Assembly: GCA_963666365.2 (NCBI GenBank)
Contig: CAXXNF010000002.1
Span: 992,001-1,056,000, forward strand
From: Syntrophales bacterium
Lineage (GTDB): Bacteria; Desulfobacterota; Syntrophia; Syntrophales; UBA2210
DNA length: 64,000 nt
Direction: 5' to 3'
A model generated the notes under the pieces. It did no database searches. It saw only the letters and a program-made list of their open reading frames with translations, and was not told the DNA's origin. Of this stretch, positions 20,067 to 30,929 are shown in pieces. Every line of letters begins with the position of its first letter. Position 1 is the first letter of the stretch. Both the position numbers and the translations under genes were made by a program.

Positions 20067-21767
20067 TTATTTTTCTCGTCCATAGGGCCAGGCCATGATG
20101 CCCCCTTCCATGACTTTCACATTTTTCCAGCCGGCGCCTTCGATTGCCAGTTGTGCCTCGTACCCGCGAAGCGAAATTTTGCAATAGCAGATAATCTCCT
20201 TATCTTTATCGTCGGGAAGCTCGTTAAAACGCTTACGAAGCGCACCCAGGGGGATCAGGGTTTCACCGATGCCGAGGCGCATTTCTTCAAATTCATCAGG
20301 GCCGCGCACATCGATAATAAAGGGCGCTTCTCCCCTGTCCACTCTCTGCTTGACTGCCATTGTCGAAATGCCCTTGAAACGCGTCTTCATTTTATTCTGC
20401 ATGATGTGGGCAGAGGCGATAAAATGATCGATGGCAAGCGAGAAGGGAGGCGCATAGGGAAGGTCGGAATTGACAAGATCTTCCACTGTCAGATTCCCCT
20501 GGATGGCCATCGCCCACTGGGCAATCTGCTTGCTCACATTCCCCGGTCCCACGCACTGCGCTCCCAGAATGCGGCCGGTGTGTTTGTCCGCCACCACTTT
20601 TGTGACGATCAGAAGCCCCTCCATGAACCCCGGTTTATCGGGACTTGCATTGATCACGGTAATAATGTCCTCATACCCGACCTTCTTTGCCATAGTTTCC
20701 GAAAGTCCCGTCGATCCCGCCGCATAATCAAAGACCTTGCAAATTCCTGTCTGGATGGTCCCCGGAAAGGTTACGCAATTTTCCGATGCGGCATTTTCTC
20801 CGGCGATACGGCCCTGTAAATTTGCAAGATCACCGTAAGGCGCCAGCACTTTCATCTCTGTAATGCGATTGATGGTTTCAGTGCAGTCGCCGACGGCATA
20901 GATATCGGGATCGGATGTCTGCATATAGTCGTTTACTTCAATGCCTCCGCGCTCTCCGATTTTCAATCCCGCACCCCGTGCCAAGGCGGTGTTGGGAGTG
21001 ACACCGATTGCCACAACGGCCAGTTCACAGGGGAGCTCCGTGCCGTTCTGGAGTTTAACGCCTGTCAACACACCGTTTTCTCCGAGAAAGGCCGCAATGC
21101 CATTACCGATAATCACATTTGCCGCCTTCTGCCTCACATGATTCTCCACCAGTTTGGCCAGTTCCCAATCGAGAAAGGTCAACAACTGCGGCAGCAGTTC
21201 AATCACGGTAATCTCAATACCGGCAAGCTGAAGGGCTTCACAGGTTTCAATGCCTATCAGGCCGCCGCCGATGACCGCGGCCTTTTTGATCGACTTGTCA
21301 TCACGTATTTTTCTCAAAAAGTCAGCATCTTTCATCGAGTGAAGCGTAGAAATACCCTTAAGCCCCACTCCCGGTATGGGCGGCATTTTGGGAGTGGCGC
21401 CGACGGCGAGGATCAGCTTGTCATACTCTAAGGTACCTGTTTCGTCCGTGAGCACATTGTGATATGCCACCGTGTGATTCTCTCGGTCGATGCCGGTTAC
21501 TTCGGTGTGCACCCGCGCATCGATATTTTTTGCATTCAGATAAAATTGTGGGTCTCTTGTCACACCGGTGGGTGTGCACAAGAGCATGTTCCTGTCGTCA
21601 AAATATCCCCCTACGTAATAGGGATACCCACAGGACGCCATTGAAAGGTCCGAATCTTTCTGCAAAATAATGACTTCGGCATTGTTGTCGATTCTGCGCG
21701 CCTTTGCCGCGGCTTTAGGACCGGCTGCCGATCCGCCTATCACTACAATCCTTTTTCTTTTATTCAT
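20067..21767 (-). CDS. CoA-disulfide/persulfide reductase-like FAD oxidoreductase with C-terminal rhodanese domain
   Basis: IGGSAAG, SMASCGYPY redox Cys, GGGLIG, YAPPFS, rhodanese IDVR...YCKISLRGY. Confidence 0.9.
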   Translation of the reverse strand: MNKRKRIVVIGGSAAGPKAAAKARRIDNNAEVIILQKDSDLSMASCGYPYYVGGYFDDRNMLLCTPTGVTRDPQFYLNAKNIDARVHTEVTGIDRENHTVAYHNVLTDETGTLEYDKLILAVGATPKMPPIPGVGLKGISTLHSMKDADFLRKIRDDKSIKKAAVIGGGLIGIETCEALQLAGIEITVIELLPQLLTFLDWELAKLVENHVRQKAANVIIGNGIAAFLGENGVLTGVKLQNGTELPCELAVVAIGVTPNTALARGAGLKIGERGGIEVNDYMQTSDPDIYAVGDCTETINRITEMKVLAPYGDLANLQGRIAGENAASENCVTFPGTIQTGICKVFDYAAGSTGLSETMAKKVGYEDIITVINASPDKPGFMEGLLIVTKVVADKHTGRILGAQCVGPGNVSKQIAQWAMAIQGNLTVEDLVNSDLPYAPPFSLAIDHFIASAHIMQNKMKTRFKGISTMAVKQRVDRGEAPFIIDVRGPDEFEEMRLGIGETLIPLGALRKRFNELPDDKDKEIICYCKISLRGYEAQLAIEGAGWKNVKVMEGGIMAWPYGREK

Positions 21768-22118
21768 CGATTTTTCTCCTTTTTGATTGTGCCTGTTCTC
21801 CTATTGCTGATGAATGGGCGACTCTGCATCCTATGAATAGCGCAAATTGCGCGTTATATTACCACACCTGAACACTAATGTAACCTGCTGAAATGCAGCT
21901 TCGACGATTTACCTTGCAAGGAACACCGTAATTTTGTATTATCAAAAAATGTTAAAAAAGTTCACGTTCAATTACACAATATCCCTGAGTACATCATATT
22001 CATCCACGTAATTTTTCCCCTGCCTCGAATACAGATAAGTGGGAATTATCCATTTGACGCAGCAAATGATGGGGCGCCTCGTCATCTCCCCATCAAAAAT
22101 TTTACACAGGAAACAGCA

Positions 22119-23654
22119 ATGAACATATTGATGGTATATCCCCGATATCCGGTCACCTTCTGGAGTTTTAAGTACAGTCTGAAATTTGTTTCAAGGAAAA
22201 CGGCCTTCCCCCCGCTGGGGTTGCTCACGGTCGCCGCAATGCTCCCCTCCGACTGGAACATTCGCCTTGTCGATATGAACATCCGCACTTTGAAAGCTAA
22301 AGATCTCCAATGGGCCGATTATGTGATGGTCAGCGCCATGTTGATTCAAAAAGATTCCGTGGAGCATGTGCTGCAACAGTGCCGGCGGTTCGGGAAAAAG
22401 GTCATCGCCGGAGGCCCCCTCTTTACCGCGCTTCCCGACGAATATGGGAAAAAGGTCGATCACATGATTCTTCAAGAGGCGGAATGCACCCTGCCACTCT
22501 TCCTGCGGGATCTGACAGCAGGACACCCGAAAGCCATATACAGGGCAGAAGGATTCAGTGATCTGAAAGAAACACCGATTCCACGCTGGGATCTGATACG
22601 GGTGAAAGAGTATGCCACTTTGCTGGTACAGTATTCGCGGGGGTGCCCCTTCAACTGTGAATTCTGCGATGTAACGATACTCTTCGGCCACCGTCCCCGT
22701 CTGAAAACGACGGAACAGTTTTTGAAAGAACTGCAGACCATTTACGATACGGGCTGGCGGGGCAGTCTTTTCATCGTTGACGACAATTTTATCGGAAACA
22801 AACGGGCGATCAAATCGATGCTTCCGGAAGTAATCGAATGGATGCGCGATCATGATTATCCCTTTACGCTTTTTACAGAGGCATCGATCAATCTGGCCGA
22901 GGATGATGAACTGATCGACCTTATGGTGCAGGCCTGCTTTGACAGTGTCTTCGTAGGACTCGAAACTCCCAATGAGGCGAGTCTGAAAGAGTGCTCGAAG
23001 ATGCAGAATGTGAACCTCGATGTGAAGGCGGCGATACAGAAGCTTCAAAAGTCGGGGATTGAGGTGCTGGGCGGCTATATCATCGGCTTCGACAGCGATG
23101 ACGAAAACATCTTCTCACGGCAGATCAAGTTTATTCAGGAAACAGGGGTTGTCACCGCCATGGTGGGGCTGCTGCAGGCCCTTCCCAACACGAAGCTCTG
23201 GCAGCGGTTGAAGGAAGAGAACCGGCTTGCGGACTGCGCCACGGGGAACAATACCGATGGAAGCCTGAACTTCATACCGGCGATGGATAGAGCGACGCTG
23301 ATGGAAGGATATCGAAGTCTCGTAAAAACCATATACAGTCCAAAATACTATTATCAGAGGATCAGTTGTTTTCTGGAGAACTACAATAAGCCCGCCGCGT
23401 CGAAACGACGGGTCAGAGCAAGGGATATCAAAGCATTTCTGAGATCTATTCTTTATCTCGGCGTACTCGGAAACGGCGCCAGCCAGTGGTATTACTGGAA
23501 AGCGGTAATAAAGTCCGCCGCCTTCTACCGGAGGGCGTTTCCCGAAACCATCACCCTGATGGTCTTCGGCCATCACTTTCGCAAGGTGGCCAACAAGATC
23601 TATCGCAGCAGTCTGACGAAGGAACCTGCCACGGTTTCAGAGGAACTTGCCTGA
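22119..23654 (+). CDS. B12-binding radical SAM protein (DUF4070-type C-terminus)
   Basis: PPLGLLTVAA, SRGCPFNCEFC, VDDNFIGN. Confidence 0.9.
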   Translation: MNILMVYPRYPVTFWSFKYSLKFVSRKTAFPPLGLLTVAAMLPSDWNIRLVDMNIRTLKAKDLQWADYVMVSAMLIQKDSVEHVLQQCRRFGKKVIAGGPLFTALPDEYGKKVDHMILQEAECTLPLFLRDLTAGHPKAIYRAEGFSDLKETPIPRWDLIRVKEYATLLVQYSRGCPFNCEFCDVTILFGHRPRLKTTEQFLKELQTIYDTGWRGSLFIVDDNFIGNKRAIKSMLPEVIEWMRDHDYPFTLFTEASINLAEDDELIDLMVQACFDSVFVGLETPNEASLKECSKMQNVNLDVKAAIQKLQKSGIEVLGGYIIGFDSDDENIFSRQIKFIQETGVVTAMVGLLQALPNTKLWQRLKEENRLADCATGNNTDGSLNFIPAMDRATLMEGYRSLVKTIYSPKYYYQRISCFLENYNKPAASKRRVRARDIKAFLRSILYLGVLGNGASQWYYWKAVIKSAAFYRRAFPETITLMVFGHHFRKVANKIYRSSLTKEPATVSEELA

Positions 23655-23736
23655 TTGCCGCCGAGTGGGCCGGGATGAGAAACCACCTGAAGACCTGTGC
23701 AGAACTTCATAGAATCATCAATTTCTTCATATCGGC

Positions 23737-23810
23737 AGATCCCGAATCAAGTCCGGGAGGTATCCAGTTTTTTTACGCAATTTCTGGATTCCAGGTCAAG
23801 CCCGGGATGA
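23737..23810. repeat. Two REP-like short hairpins (GATCCCGAATCAAGTCCGGGA / GGATTCCAGGTCAAGCCCGGGATGA)
   Basis: Related degenerate palindromes with a TCAAG loop. Confidence 0.45.
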
Positions 23811-23855
23811 TAGAAGGGAATAAACCATGTCTCACAGTGCGCCGCATAGCTTTGC

Positions 23856-23884
23856 TTGACAGGTGAAGGGGTTCATAGTAAATT
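23856..23884 (+). promoter_or_regulatory. Sigma70 promoter of the tup operon
   Basis: TTGACA-17 nt-TAAAAT. Confidence 0.6.
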
Positions 23885-23964
23885 TTCGCTGTCGTTTCAG
23901 GTTAGTTCTGGTTTATATGCGTTTTTAACTGGAAGTAATTGTCTATTTCAGGAGGAGTGTTAAA

Positions 23965-24805
23965 ATGAGTTCGATCAGTAAAAAATTATTCGTGGTAGTG
24001 GTGCTTTTTTTCTGTGTACTCGGAATGTCAGTGCAGTCATTTGCGGCAGAAGAAAAGGTGCTGCAGATGGCCACCACGACAAGCACGGACAATACGGGAC
24101 TTCTGGACTATCTGGCTCCTCTTTTCAAGGCCGACACGGGTATAGAGCTTATATGGGTCGCCGTAGGCACGGGAAAGGCCCTCGCACTTGGGAAAAACTG
24201 TGACGTGGACGTTCTCCTCGTCCATGCACCGGCGGCAGAAAAAAAGTACATCGCGGAAGGTTCCGGCGTCGATAGACGTGAGGTCATGTTCAATGACTTC
24301 GTCTTTATCGGACCAAAAGCCGACAGTGCCGGCATTAAGGGAGCATCGGTAGAAGAGGCGCTCAAAAATATTTTCATCAAAAAAGGCGTCCTTTGCAAAC
24401 CGCGGCGACAACTCGGGCACGCACAAAAAGAAACTGAGTCTTTGGAAGGACTGTGCACTGCCCATTCCCGACAAGGAACCCTGGTACATTCAGACGGGAC
24501 AGGGCATGATAAACACGATAAACATAGCTGCAGAACGAGATGCCTACACGATGACCGACCGCGGCACCTTCATCAAATACGAATCTAACTGGAAGGGGAA
24601 CCCTCCCTTGTCGATACTGGTGGAAGGCGATGTGCGGCTTCGCAATCAGTACAGTGTCATTTCAGTAAATCCGGATAAATGCAAAAGTGTGCGCTTTGAC
24701 AATGCGCAGGTCTTTGCCTCGTGGGTTACTTCGGAAAAGGCGCAAAAACTGATCGCGGAATTTACACTGCTCGGGAAGCAGCTTTTCATTCCCAACGCAC
24801 AATAA
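23965..24805 (+). pseudogene. tupA: Tungstate-binding protein, frameshifted
   Basis: MATTTSTDNTGLL and VGTGKAL...DVLLVHAP motifs. The continuation KKASFANRGDNSGTH...TDRGTF...NQY is in another frame, implying +1 nt in the TTTT/AAAAAA runs at 24371-24384. Confidence 0.88.
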
Positions 24806-24817
24806 GCGCAGTATCGC

Positions 24818-25507
24818 ATGGATTATATTTTTCAGGGCTTCCTGAAGGCGATAGAGCTTCTGATCGCCGGCGACGCCGAGACTTACTCGGCGGTGCTGGC
24901 CACGCTGAAAGTCACAACACTTTCGATTGTGGTAAGTCTTGTCATTGGAATTCCCCTGGGGTTCACTTTGGGGTATTTCAATTTCTAGGGAAAAAGGCAG
25001 ACGCGGGCAGTGGTGGATACGCTGCTCGCCCTTCCCACGGTGGTGGTGGGACTGCTCGTCTATGCCTTTATTTCACGCCGGGGCCCCCTGGGCGAACTGG
25101 GACTGCTTTTTACCATCCCGGGTATTGCCGTGGCGCAGACCATACTGATCACCCCTATTGTCATTTCGCTTACCGCTACAGCAATAGAAAGCCTGGACAG
25201 GCGGCTTAAAACAACCCTGATCGCACTGGGCGCCCGTGGGCGACAAATCGTTGTGACCAGTCTGCTCGAAGCGCGCTATGCGGTGATGATCGCGGCCGTG
25301 ATCGCCTATGGCAGGGCAATTTCTGAAGTGGGCGCCTCCATGATGTTCGGCGGAAACATAAAATGGCACTCCCGCACCATTACCACAGCGATCGCCCTCG
25401 AAACGGGAAAAGGAGAATTCGCAATGGGAATTGCCCTGGGCCTTGTACTTTTGGCGCTGGCCTTTTTTGTCAATTTTCTGTTGATTTTTCTGAAGCGAAG
25501 ATCGTGA
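24818..25507 (+). pseudogene. tupB: Tungstate ABC permease with in-frame TAG
   Basis: ATG 24818 MDYIFQGFLKAIELL...GYFNF*GKRQ; the TAG at 24986-24988 is in frame with the downstream LPTVVVGL...SEVGASMMFGGNI. Confidence 0.88.
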
Positions 25508-25715
25508 TGAACACACCGCATCTCTACAAGATAACCGATCTTACCTACCGCTACGGCAATCATTTCACACTTGTCGTACCCGACCTTGCGATCGATACCG
25601 GTTCGTCCATCGGTTTTGCAGGACCCAACGGAGGCGGAAAGAGCACCCTGCTGAAGCTTCTCGCGTTTCTCGAAGCACCGGCAGAAGGAACAATTTTTTT
25701 TGAAGACCGTAATAT

Positions 25716-27488
25716 CCTAAATTCCCGGCTTAATGTAACGAGGTTGGCGGGGCGATCCCCATTGCCTCATAAAGTTCGATTTGTTTCTTTGTCACTTCAC
25801 CTACGCGAAGTTCATACCCCGGGTACTCAAAGCATTCAATGATGTCCAGTTCATCCAGAAGCTCATGCATCGTATATTTTTTGAAAAGATTTCCATCTTG
25901 CATCTTCTTTTTGAGATAAGAAAGAAAAATAAGCGCGATAAATTCCACAAACAGCTTGCCGTCCAGACTTTGATCGGAGGACACCGCCATGCGGTTGAAA
26001 TTCAGTCGCTCTTTCAGATTTCCGAAGGCCTTTTCCATAAGATCCTTGTTCCGGTATATTTCCAGGGCTGCGATAGGTTCCCTGACCTCGTTGCTGAGTA
26101 ACACAAAAAATCCATAATTCTTTCGTGCATCAAGAAGAGCATCCTCTCTGGCAATAACCTTTGTCCCTCTTACCGGGGTGGTGGTGACATCAAAATATTT
26201 GGCGTACAGCCTGTCGTGTTCCGGAAGGGTTGCGCCGCCTTCCAATTCCTCCTGCAGACGACAAAGCAGGGCGTTGAAGTTCTTTTCATCCTCCAATGCC
26301 CGTTCACTGTTAAAATAGAGGTGCATATACATCCGGCGTTTTCCCTTAAGAATATCGCCCTTGTAAGGACGCTCCTGAGAATAGTCCCATTCTATCTTCG
26401 TGGTGCAGGCATAAAGATCATGTTTCTGATTATAGTGTGTCCAGGTACGGAGTGAATCGCGCACATTATCCAGTTCGGTCTTTACGAATTTCAACGATTT
26501 CTTTGCGGCAATCAGGAATTTCAAATGATTCCTGTACAGCTCGTTGATATTGTCCTCGCTGTAGAATCCCCTGTCCATAACCAGCTTGATCTTGTCGTAC
26601 CCAAAGAAATCGATGTCAGCCAGAAGGTTCTTCACTGTCTTCACATCGGGAATGTTGCCTGCAAGTTTTCGGTAGTAAAAAGGAAGATTGGATTCCTCCC
26701 CGAACAATAACGCGAGATTGATCTGCGGAAGCGGCTCATGATCCTTGTTCATCCCGTATCTGACCTGGCTTAAGCATCTGGAATAGCTCGATATGGAGGT
26801 CGTATCATAGGCCCAGTACTCTTTCTCGACTCGCCGTCTTCCCTGCAGCCGGAAAAACCGATTCTTGTCGTCTTCGGTAATAGATGCGAACAACTCACTG
26901 CTCCTCTGAGAAGGGATGTTTCTGCCGTAAGGATGCCTATGCGTGGCTGCCCATTTCGGAAAACGGCTCAAGGGGTTCCTGTCCTCCATGATGAGGTAGT
27001 ATGCCGTGGACAAAATCTGTTTGTATGTGCCGGGAAAGCATTTTTTCAAATCCGCGGCAATCCCGAGCTTCTCGCCGATGGCGTCAAAAAGGTATGTTGC
27101 CCCGTAAAAACTGCGGGATACATTCTCGATAGGGACCGGACCTCTTTTATGGACTTTGTCATGATTGCCGGGATCAGTGGCAACCACCCTTTTTCTGGTC
27201 GGGATGATCTCCTTTGTCTCGGGATCAACCCGTCCGATGCATCTACGTGTGGCACGAGACTGCTTTTTCTCTTTATCCCAGTAGGATAGCGATTCATAGG
27301 CATAGGTAATTCCCGTCTGCTTGCTGGTCTGATACACAATCGCCGCCATTGAGCACCCCCCCCTTTTTTATCATCGTTACATTATGCTTAACATGTAACG
27401 AGACTCAAATCAAGGAAAAATGCTCCGATCTATTAATGTTTATTCGGCTTTTATGCCTTTCATCGTTACATTATACCGGGAAGGCAGG
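25716..27488 (-). mobile_element. IS1634-family insertion sequence
   Basis: Terminal IRs CCTAAATTCCCGGCTTAATGTAACGA / CCTGCCTTCCCGGTATAATGTAACGA; 6-bp TSD TAATAT (25710-25715, 27489-27494). Confidence 0.93.
25730..27349 (-). CDS. IS1634-family DDE transposase
   Basis: YDTTSISSYS, GMNKD, GNIPDV, VMDRGFYS, YRNKDLMEKAFGNLK. Confidence 0.92.
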   Translation of the reverse strand: MAAIVYQTSKQTGITYAYESLSYWDKEKKQSRATRRCIGRVDPETKEIIPTRKRVVATDPGNHDKVHKRGPVPIENVSRSFYGATYLFDAIGEKLGIAADLKKCFPGTYKQILSTAYYLIMEDRNPLSRFPKWAATHRHPYGRNIPSQRSSELFASITEDDKNRFFRLQGRRRVEKEYWAYDTTSISSYSRCLSQVRYGMNKDHEPLPQINLALLFGEESNLPFYYRKLAGNIPDVKTVKNLLADIDFFGYDKIKLVMDRGFYSEDNINELYRNHLKFLIAAKKSLKFVKTELDNVRDSLRTWTHYNQKHDLYACTTKIEWDYSQERPYKGDILKGKRRMYMHLYFNSERALEDEKNFNALLCRLQEELEGGATLPEHDRLYAKYFDVTTTPVRGTKVIAREDALLDARKNYGFFVLLSNEVREPIAALEIYRNKDLMEKAFGNLKERLNFNRMAVSSDQSLDGKLFVEFIALIFLSYLKKKMQDGNLFKKYTMHELLDELDIIECFEYPGYELRVGEVTKKQIELYEAMGIAPPTSLH

Positions 27489-28453
27489 TAATATTTCCGA
27501 CAGCAACGCGGCGGTGACGAGAGGAATCACGATTCTTCTGCAGGAACCTTACCTTTTAAAGCGAACTGTCTTCGACAATGTTGCCTATGGTCTGAAGGTG
27601 CGCAAACAACACGAAGGTGTCCGCTCTAGGGTATTTGAAGCCCTTGAACTGGTGGGACTCCCGCCTGCAATATTTTCAAAACGGCTGTGGTTCGAGCTTT
27701 CCGGCGGCGAAGCTCAGCGCGTTGCCCTGGCTTCGAGGCTTGTGCTGAACCCCCGCGTTTTGATACTCGACGAAACCACGGCCAGCGTCGATCATGAGAG
27801 CGCCTTTCTGATGAAAGAGGCAATACGAAAATTCAGGCATGAGTACGGCACCTCGCTGATTGTCGCGAGCCATGACCGCGTCTGGCTCAACAGCGTCACC
27901 GACAGTGTTCTGAAAATACGCAATGGACGGCTTGACTCATTTGAGGTGGAAAACATACTCATCGGACCCTGGACGCATGGAGATAAGGGCCTTTACACCA
28001 GGGTGCTCTCTGACGGCCAATCCATTGCATGCCTTGCGCCGCCCGATAAAAACGCGACGGGATTTCTCAAGAATTCCGACATTATGATTGCCGCGGAATA
28101 CTCATCTCGACTGTCAGCACAAAATATACTTGAGGGCACGATCGTGCAGATGACTGCTGACGGTCCCGATTCAGGCATTCTCGTCGATACGGCCATTGCC
28201 GAGCTGTCGCTTTCCTCCAGATTGACACAACGGAGAGCAGAGGCACTTCAGTTAATTCCCGGGAAGAAAGTCTGGCTGGTGTTCAAGGCATCATCGATCC
28301 GCTGGCGGTAACCGACACTACGCGCTGAAGGTTACTCAGAAAAAATTGATTTTTATCTCTTCCGTCGATCCGGATTTGACCCCTGATCTGTAATTATCAG
28401 CGAGGCGTCGATTCTTGGCTCCGCAGGAATGAAAGCATCTATTTACGAAACCG

Positions 28454-29179
28454 TCAAGGTTGCGATTGAATTTCAAGTGTTTCCATGTATTTTTCCGCCT
28501 CATCTCTGATCATTCTCAGATAAAGAAAGAAAATAAACAGGCTCGCCACCTGCTCAGATTGGCTGCCCTTGAGCATCTTTTCCGCAGTGATGGGTCCTTT
28601 GCCGAATATGGCAGGTAAGGTCCTCTGTATGTAGGGGTCGATTAGGTGTGTACGAATAAAATCGGCTATCTTTCTCAGGTCCTCGGGATCGTGGCCCTGC
28701 CGCGGACCCAGTTCGAACTGATCAAACTCGACAATCAGCTTGCCCAGAATAATATTTTCGTTCGAATAGACAGGGACACCCTCTACTATGCGCGGTGCAA
28801 TTACCCCCCACGCCTCCATCTTTGTCAGCCACTTCCCCCCTATTCCTGTAAGCTTCCTGAATTCCTCCCGCCCCTTTACCTCTCTTGGGAAAAGCCGTTC
28901 CAGCGGTGACAAGTACCTGTTTAATATTTGCATCTGCGAAAGATCTTTTGTCGATTCTCTCTTGTTGTAGCCCTTGAGAATTTTTTTGATCTCCGGAATC
29001 GGCATGTAGTAGTGATCGCGCAGGTCCCTGATCAGCAGAAGGGTTTCAACGTGATTCTCGGTATAGTTTGCAAGGTTTGTCTTTGACTTGCGGGGCTTTC
29101 TCAGAAGTCCCTCACGCAGGTAGTAGTGAATTGTCTCCTTTGCCGTATCCGTTCTTTTTGCAAGCTCGCTTATTTTCAT
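28454..29179 (-). CDS. MerR-family transcriptional regulator
   Basis: MKISELAKRT...TIHYYLREGLL HTH. Confidence 0.88.
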   Translation of the reverse strand: MKISELAKRTDTAKETIHYYLREGLLRKPRKSKTNLANYTENHVETLLLIRDLRDHYYMPIPEIKKILKGYNKRESTKDLSQMQILNRYLSPLERLFPREVKGREEFRKLTGIGGKWLTKMEAWGVIAPRIVEGVPVYSNENIILGKLIVEFDQFELGPRQGHDPEDLRKIADFIRTHLIDPYIQRTLPAIFGKGPITAEKMLKGSQSEQVASLFIFFLYLRMIRDEAEKYMETLEIQSQP

Positions 29180-29207
29180 CCCTTTTCTCTCTGATGAATA
29201 AATGTAA

Positions 29208-29233
29208 GACCGCACCCCGCGAGGGATGCGGTC
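29208..29233. terminator. Hairpin between the SBP gene and the MerR gene
   Basis: GACCGCA...TGCGGTC stem. Confidence 0.45.
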
Positions 29234-29255
29234 ACATTATACAACAGTACGTATA

Positions 29256-30611
29256 TTATTTTTTACATCTGTCCAGATTTTTGGGAAGCGGGGGCATGCA
29301 GTAACGGGCAGGGATGATAAACATCCGCCCGATGCCCGAAAGCTCATCGAACCACTTGTTCGGGTAGATGTACTCGCTTGCATAACAGTCAAAGTAGGCT
29401 TGATGGTCGCAGGCGCGCATGGTCATAATCGCACCCAGGTAATCATACTCATCGCCTTCCCACACCTTGATAATTTTTTCAGGATCAGTGCTTCCCGCCC
29501 GTTCAATAACACTCAACAGCCAGTAAGTATCGGCAATGGTTTTACCGATGGTACCGCCTGCCCATTTATACAGCAGCGTATTGTAGGGTTTTTTCCACTT
29601 TTTCCACTGATTGTGCCATTTCATGCCGAATGTTTCATCATCCGGTGTCGACATGACACTCATGAACTGATTTACATGGAGGAGTCCTTTGGTTCCCTCG
29701 GGTCCCACCATCGACAGCCCGTTCGGCTCATCCATAAAGAGATTCACAAAGGGCAGCTTCATACCCAATTCCCTGGATTGTTTTAAAAGGTTTCCCGCAT
29801 CGGGCAGCCAGTCGGCGGTGTAGATGCAATCTGCGTTCGATCCCATGATTTTGGTAATATAGGGGGCAAAATCCTTCAAATAAAGAGGATGGTATTCCTC
29901 TCCGACAATTTCGGCCTCGGGTTTGTATTTTTTCAATCCTTCCTTGAATCCATCCGCCATGGCATGACCGAAGGAGTAATCCTGGCACAATATATAAAAT
30001 TTCTTTTCCGGACGTGACGCCATGTAATATCCTGATGCCAGGCCGTGCATTGCGGTATTCATGATCGTCCTGAAGGTGTAGTCATTGTAATTCGGCGCGT
30101 CCATAAGCTGATCGGAAAGGGCCAGACAGTTCATGAAGATTTTTTTGTATTTCTTGGCGGCGCCCTGAATAACAAGTGCCAGATGGCTTCCCGAGGTGCC
30201 CCAAAGGATATCGACGTTATCCTGAAGGCAGAGCTTTTCCACTTCCTTTTTCGTTGCCACTGGTGACATTTTTGTGTCACCCTTTAAAAGCTCGATTTTC
30301 TTCTTCTTGCCGTCAACAAGAATGCCGCCCCGCGTGTTGATGTCGCGGGCAACCCAGGTGGTCACCGCCCAGAAGAGTTCTCCGTTCCCGGCGCCTGCCC
30401 CTGAAAATAATTGCATAACAGCAATTTTTATTGTGTCGCCTTCGGGGTTCACGTAATCGTTGGGATCGAAGTCGGACATATCCGATACCTTGCTCACATC
30501 AAATTTCGCATCCACTGCCATTACCGTTGAAGGGACTAACAACGCCGCCATGATCAGAAGACAACACCATGCCATCATCCACTTGTAGCACTTCACTCCC
30601 TTGATTCTCAT
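29256..30611 (-). CDS. Branched-chain amino acid-type (LivJ/K fold) ABC substrate-binding protein
   Basis: Signal peptide, INTRGGI, QDYSFGH, DFAPYITKI, MRACDHQ. Confidence 0.85.
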   Translation of the reverse strand: MRIKGVKCYKWMMAWCCLLIMAALLVPSTVMAVDAKFDVSKVSDMSDFDPNDYVNPEGDTIKIAVMQLFSGAGAGNGELFWAVTTWVARDINTRGGILVDGKKKKIELLKGDTKMSPVATKKEVEKLCLQDNVDILWGTSGSHLALVIQGAAKKYKKIFMNCLALSDQLMDAPNYNDYTFRTIMNTAMHGLASGYYMASRPEKKFYILCQDYSFGHAMADGFKEGLKKYKPEAEIVGEEYHPLYLKDFAPYITKIMGSNADCIYTADWLPDAGNLLKQSRELGMKLPFVNLFMDEPNGLSMVGPEGTKGLLHVNQFMSVMSTPDDETFGMKWHNQWKKWKKPYNTLLYKWAGGTIGKTIADTYWLLSVIERAGSTDPEKIIKVWEGDEYDYLGAIMTMRACDHQAYFDCYASEYIYPNKWFDELSGIGRMFIIPARYCMPPLPKNLDRCKK

Positions 30612-30929
30612 ACACGCTCTCCTTTTTGTTATGATATGTTTTATACGATTACAAACCCCCTGAGACTCATCTTTGGAGATTCGCACATCCCTTCGCTAAC
30701 CTCAGGAGCAGGCACTATAAAAATAAGTATGCACGGAATAATTATCCCCCCCAGATAGTGGCCTTATTCCTATCACAACCACGGCAAAATCGTCAACAAG
30801 TATTATTAATATTATTTTATTTTTATATTTATTCTCATATATTCAGTCATTTATGCATATACTGTTATCTATGCTCCACATATAGTCTTTTTCATGAGAC
30901 ACCATGCGAAGCGTGTCCGTGAGGATAAT

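Larger units (their letters stand above)
25507..28311 (+). pseudogene. tupC: Tungstate ABC ATPase (with C-terminal TOBE domain) interrupted by IS1634
   Basis: 5' part has Walker A GPNGGGKST; 3' part has LSGGEAQR, ILDE and TOBE SAQN...VFKAS. Removing the IS and one TSD copy restores the in-frame EDRNISDS. Confidence 0.92.

Noticed and set aside
21949..21968. Rex-like operator ATGTTAAAAAAGTTCACG
   Set aside because: Half-site spacing is off by one base and the match is weak.
22067..22096. TGATGGGG...CCCCATCA hairpin before the B12 radical SAM gene as a riboswitch
   Set aside because: No recognisable cobalamin, SAM or fluoride riboswitch consensus.
24986..24988. TAG in tupB as pyrrolysine or readthrough codon
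   Set aside because: Both neighbouring genes are also disrupted and no pyl genes are in the window; pseudogenisation is the simpler explanation.
27349..27494. N-terminus of the 320-aa ORF 27349..28311
   Set aside because: It is IS1634 end sequence that happens to be in frame with the 3' part of tupC.
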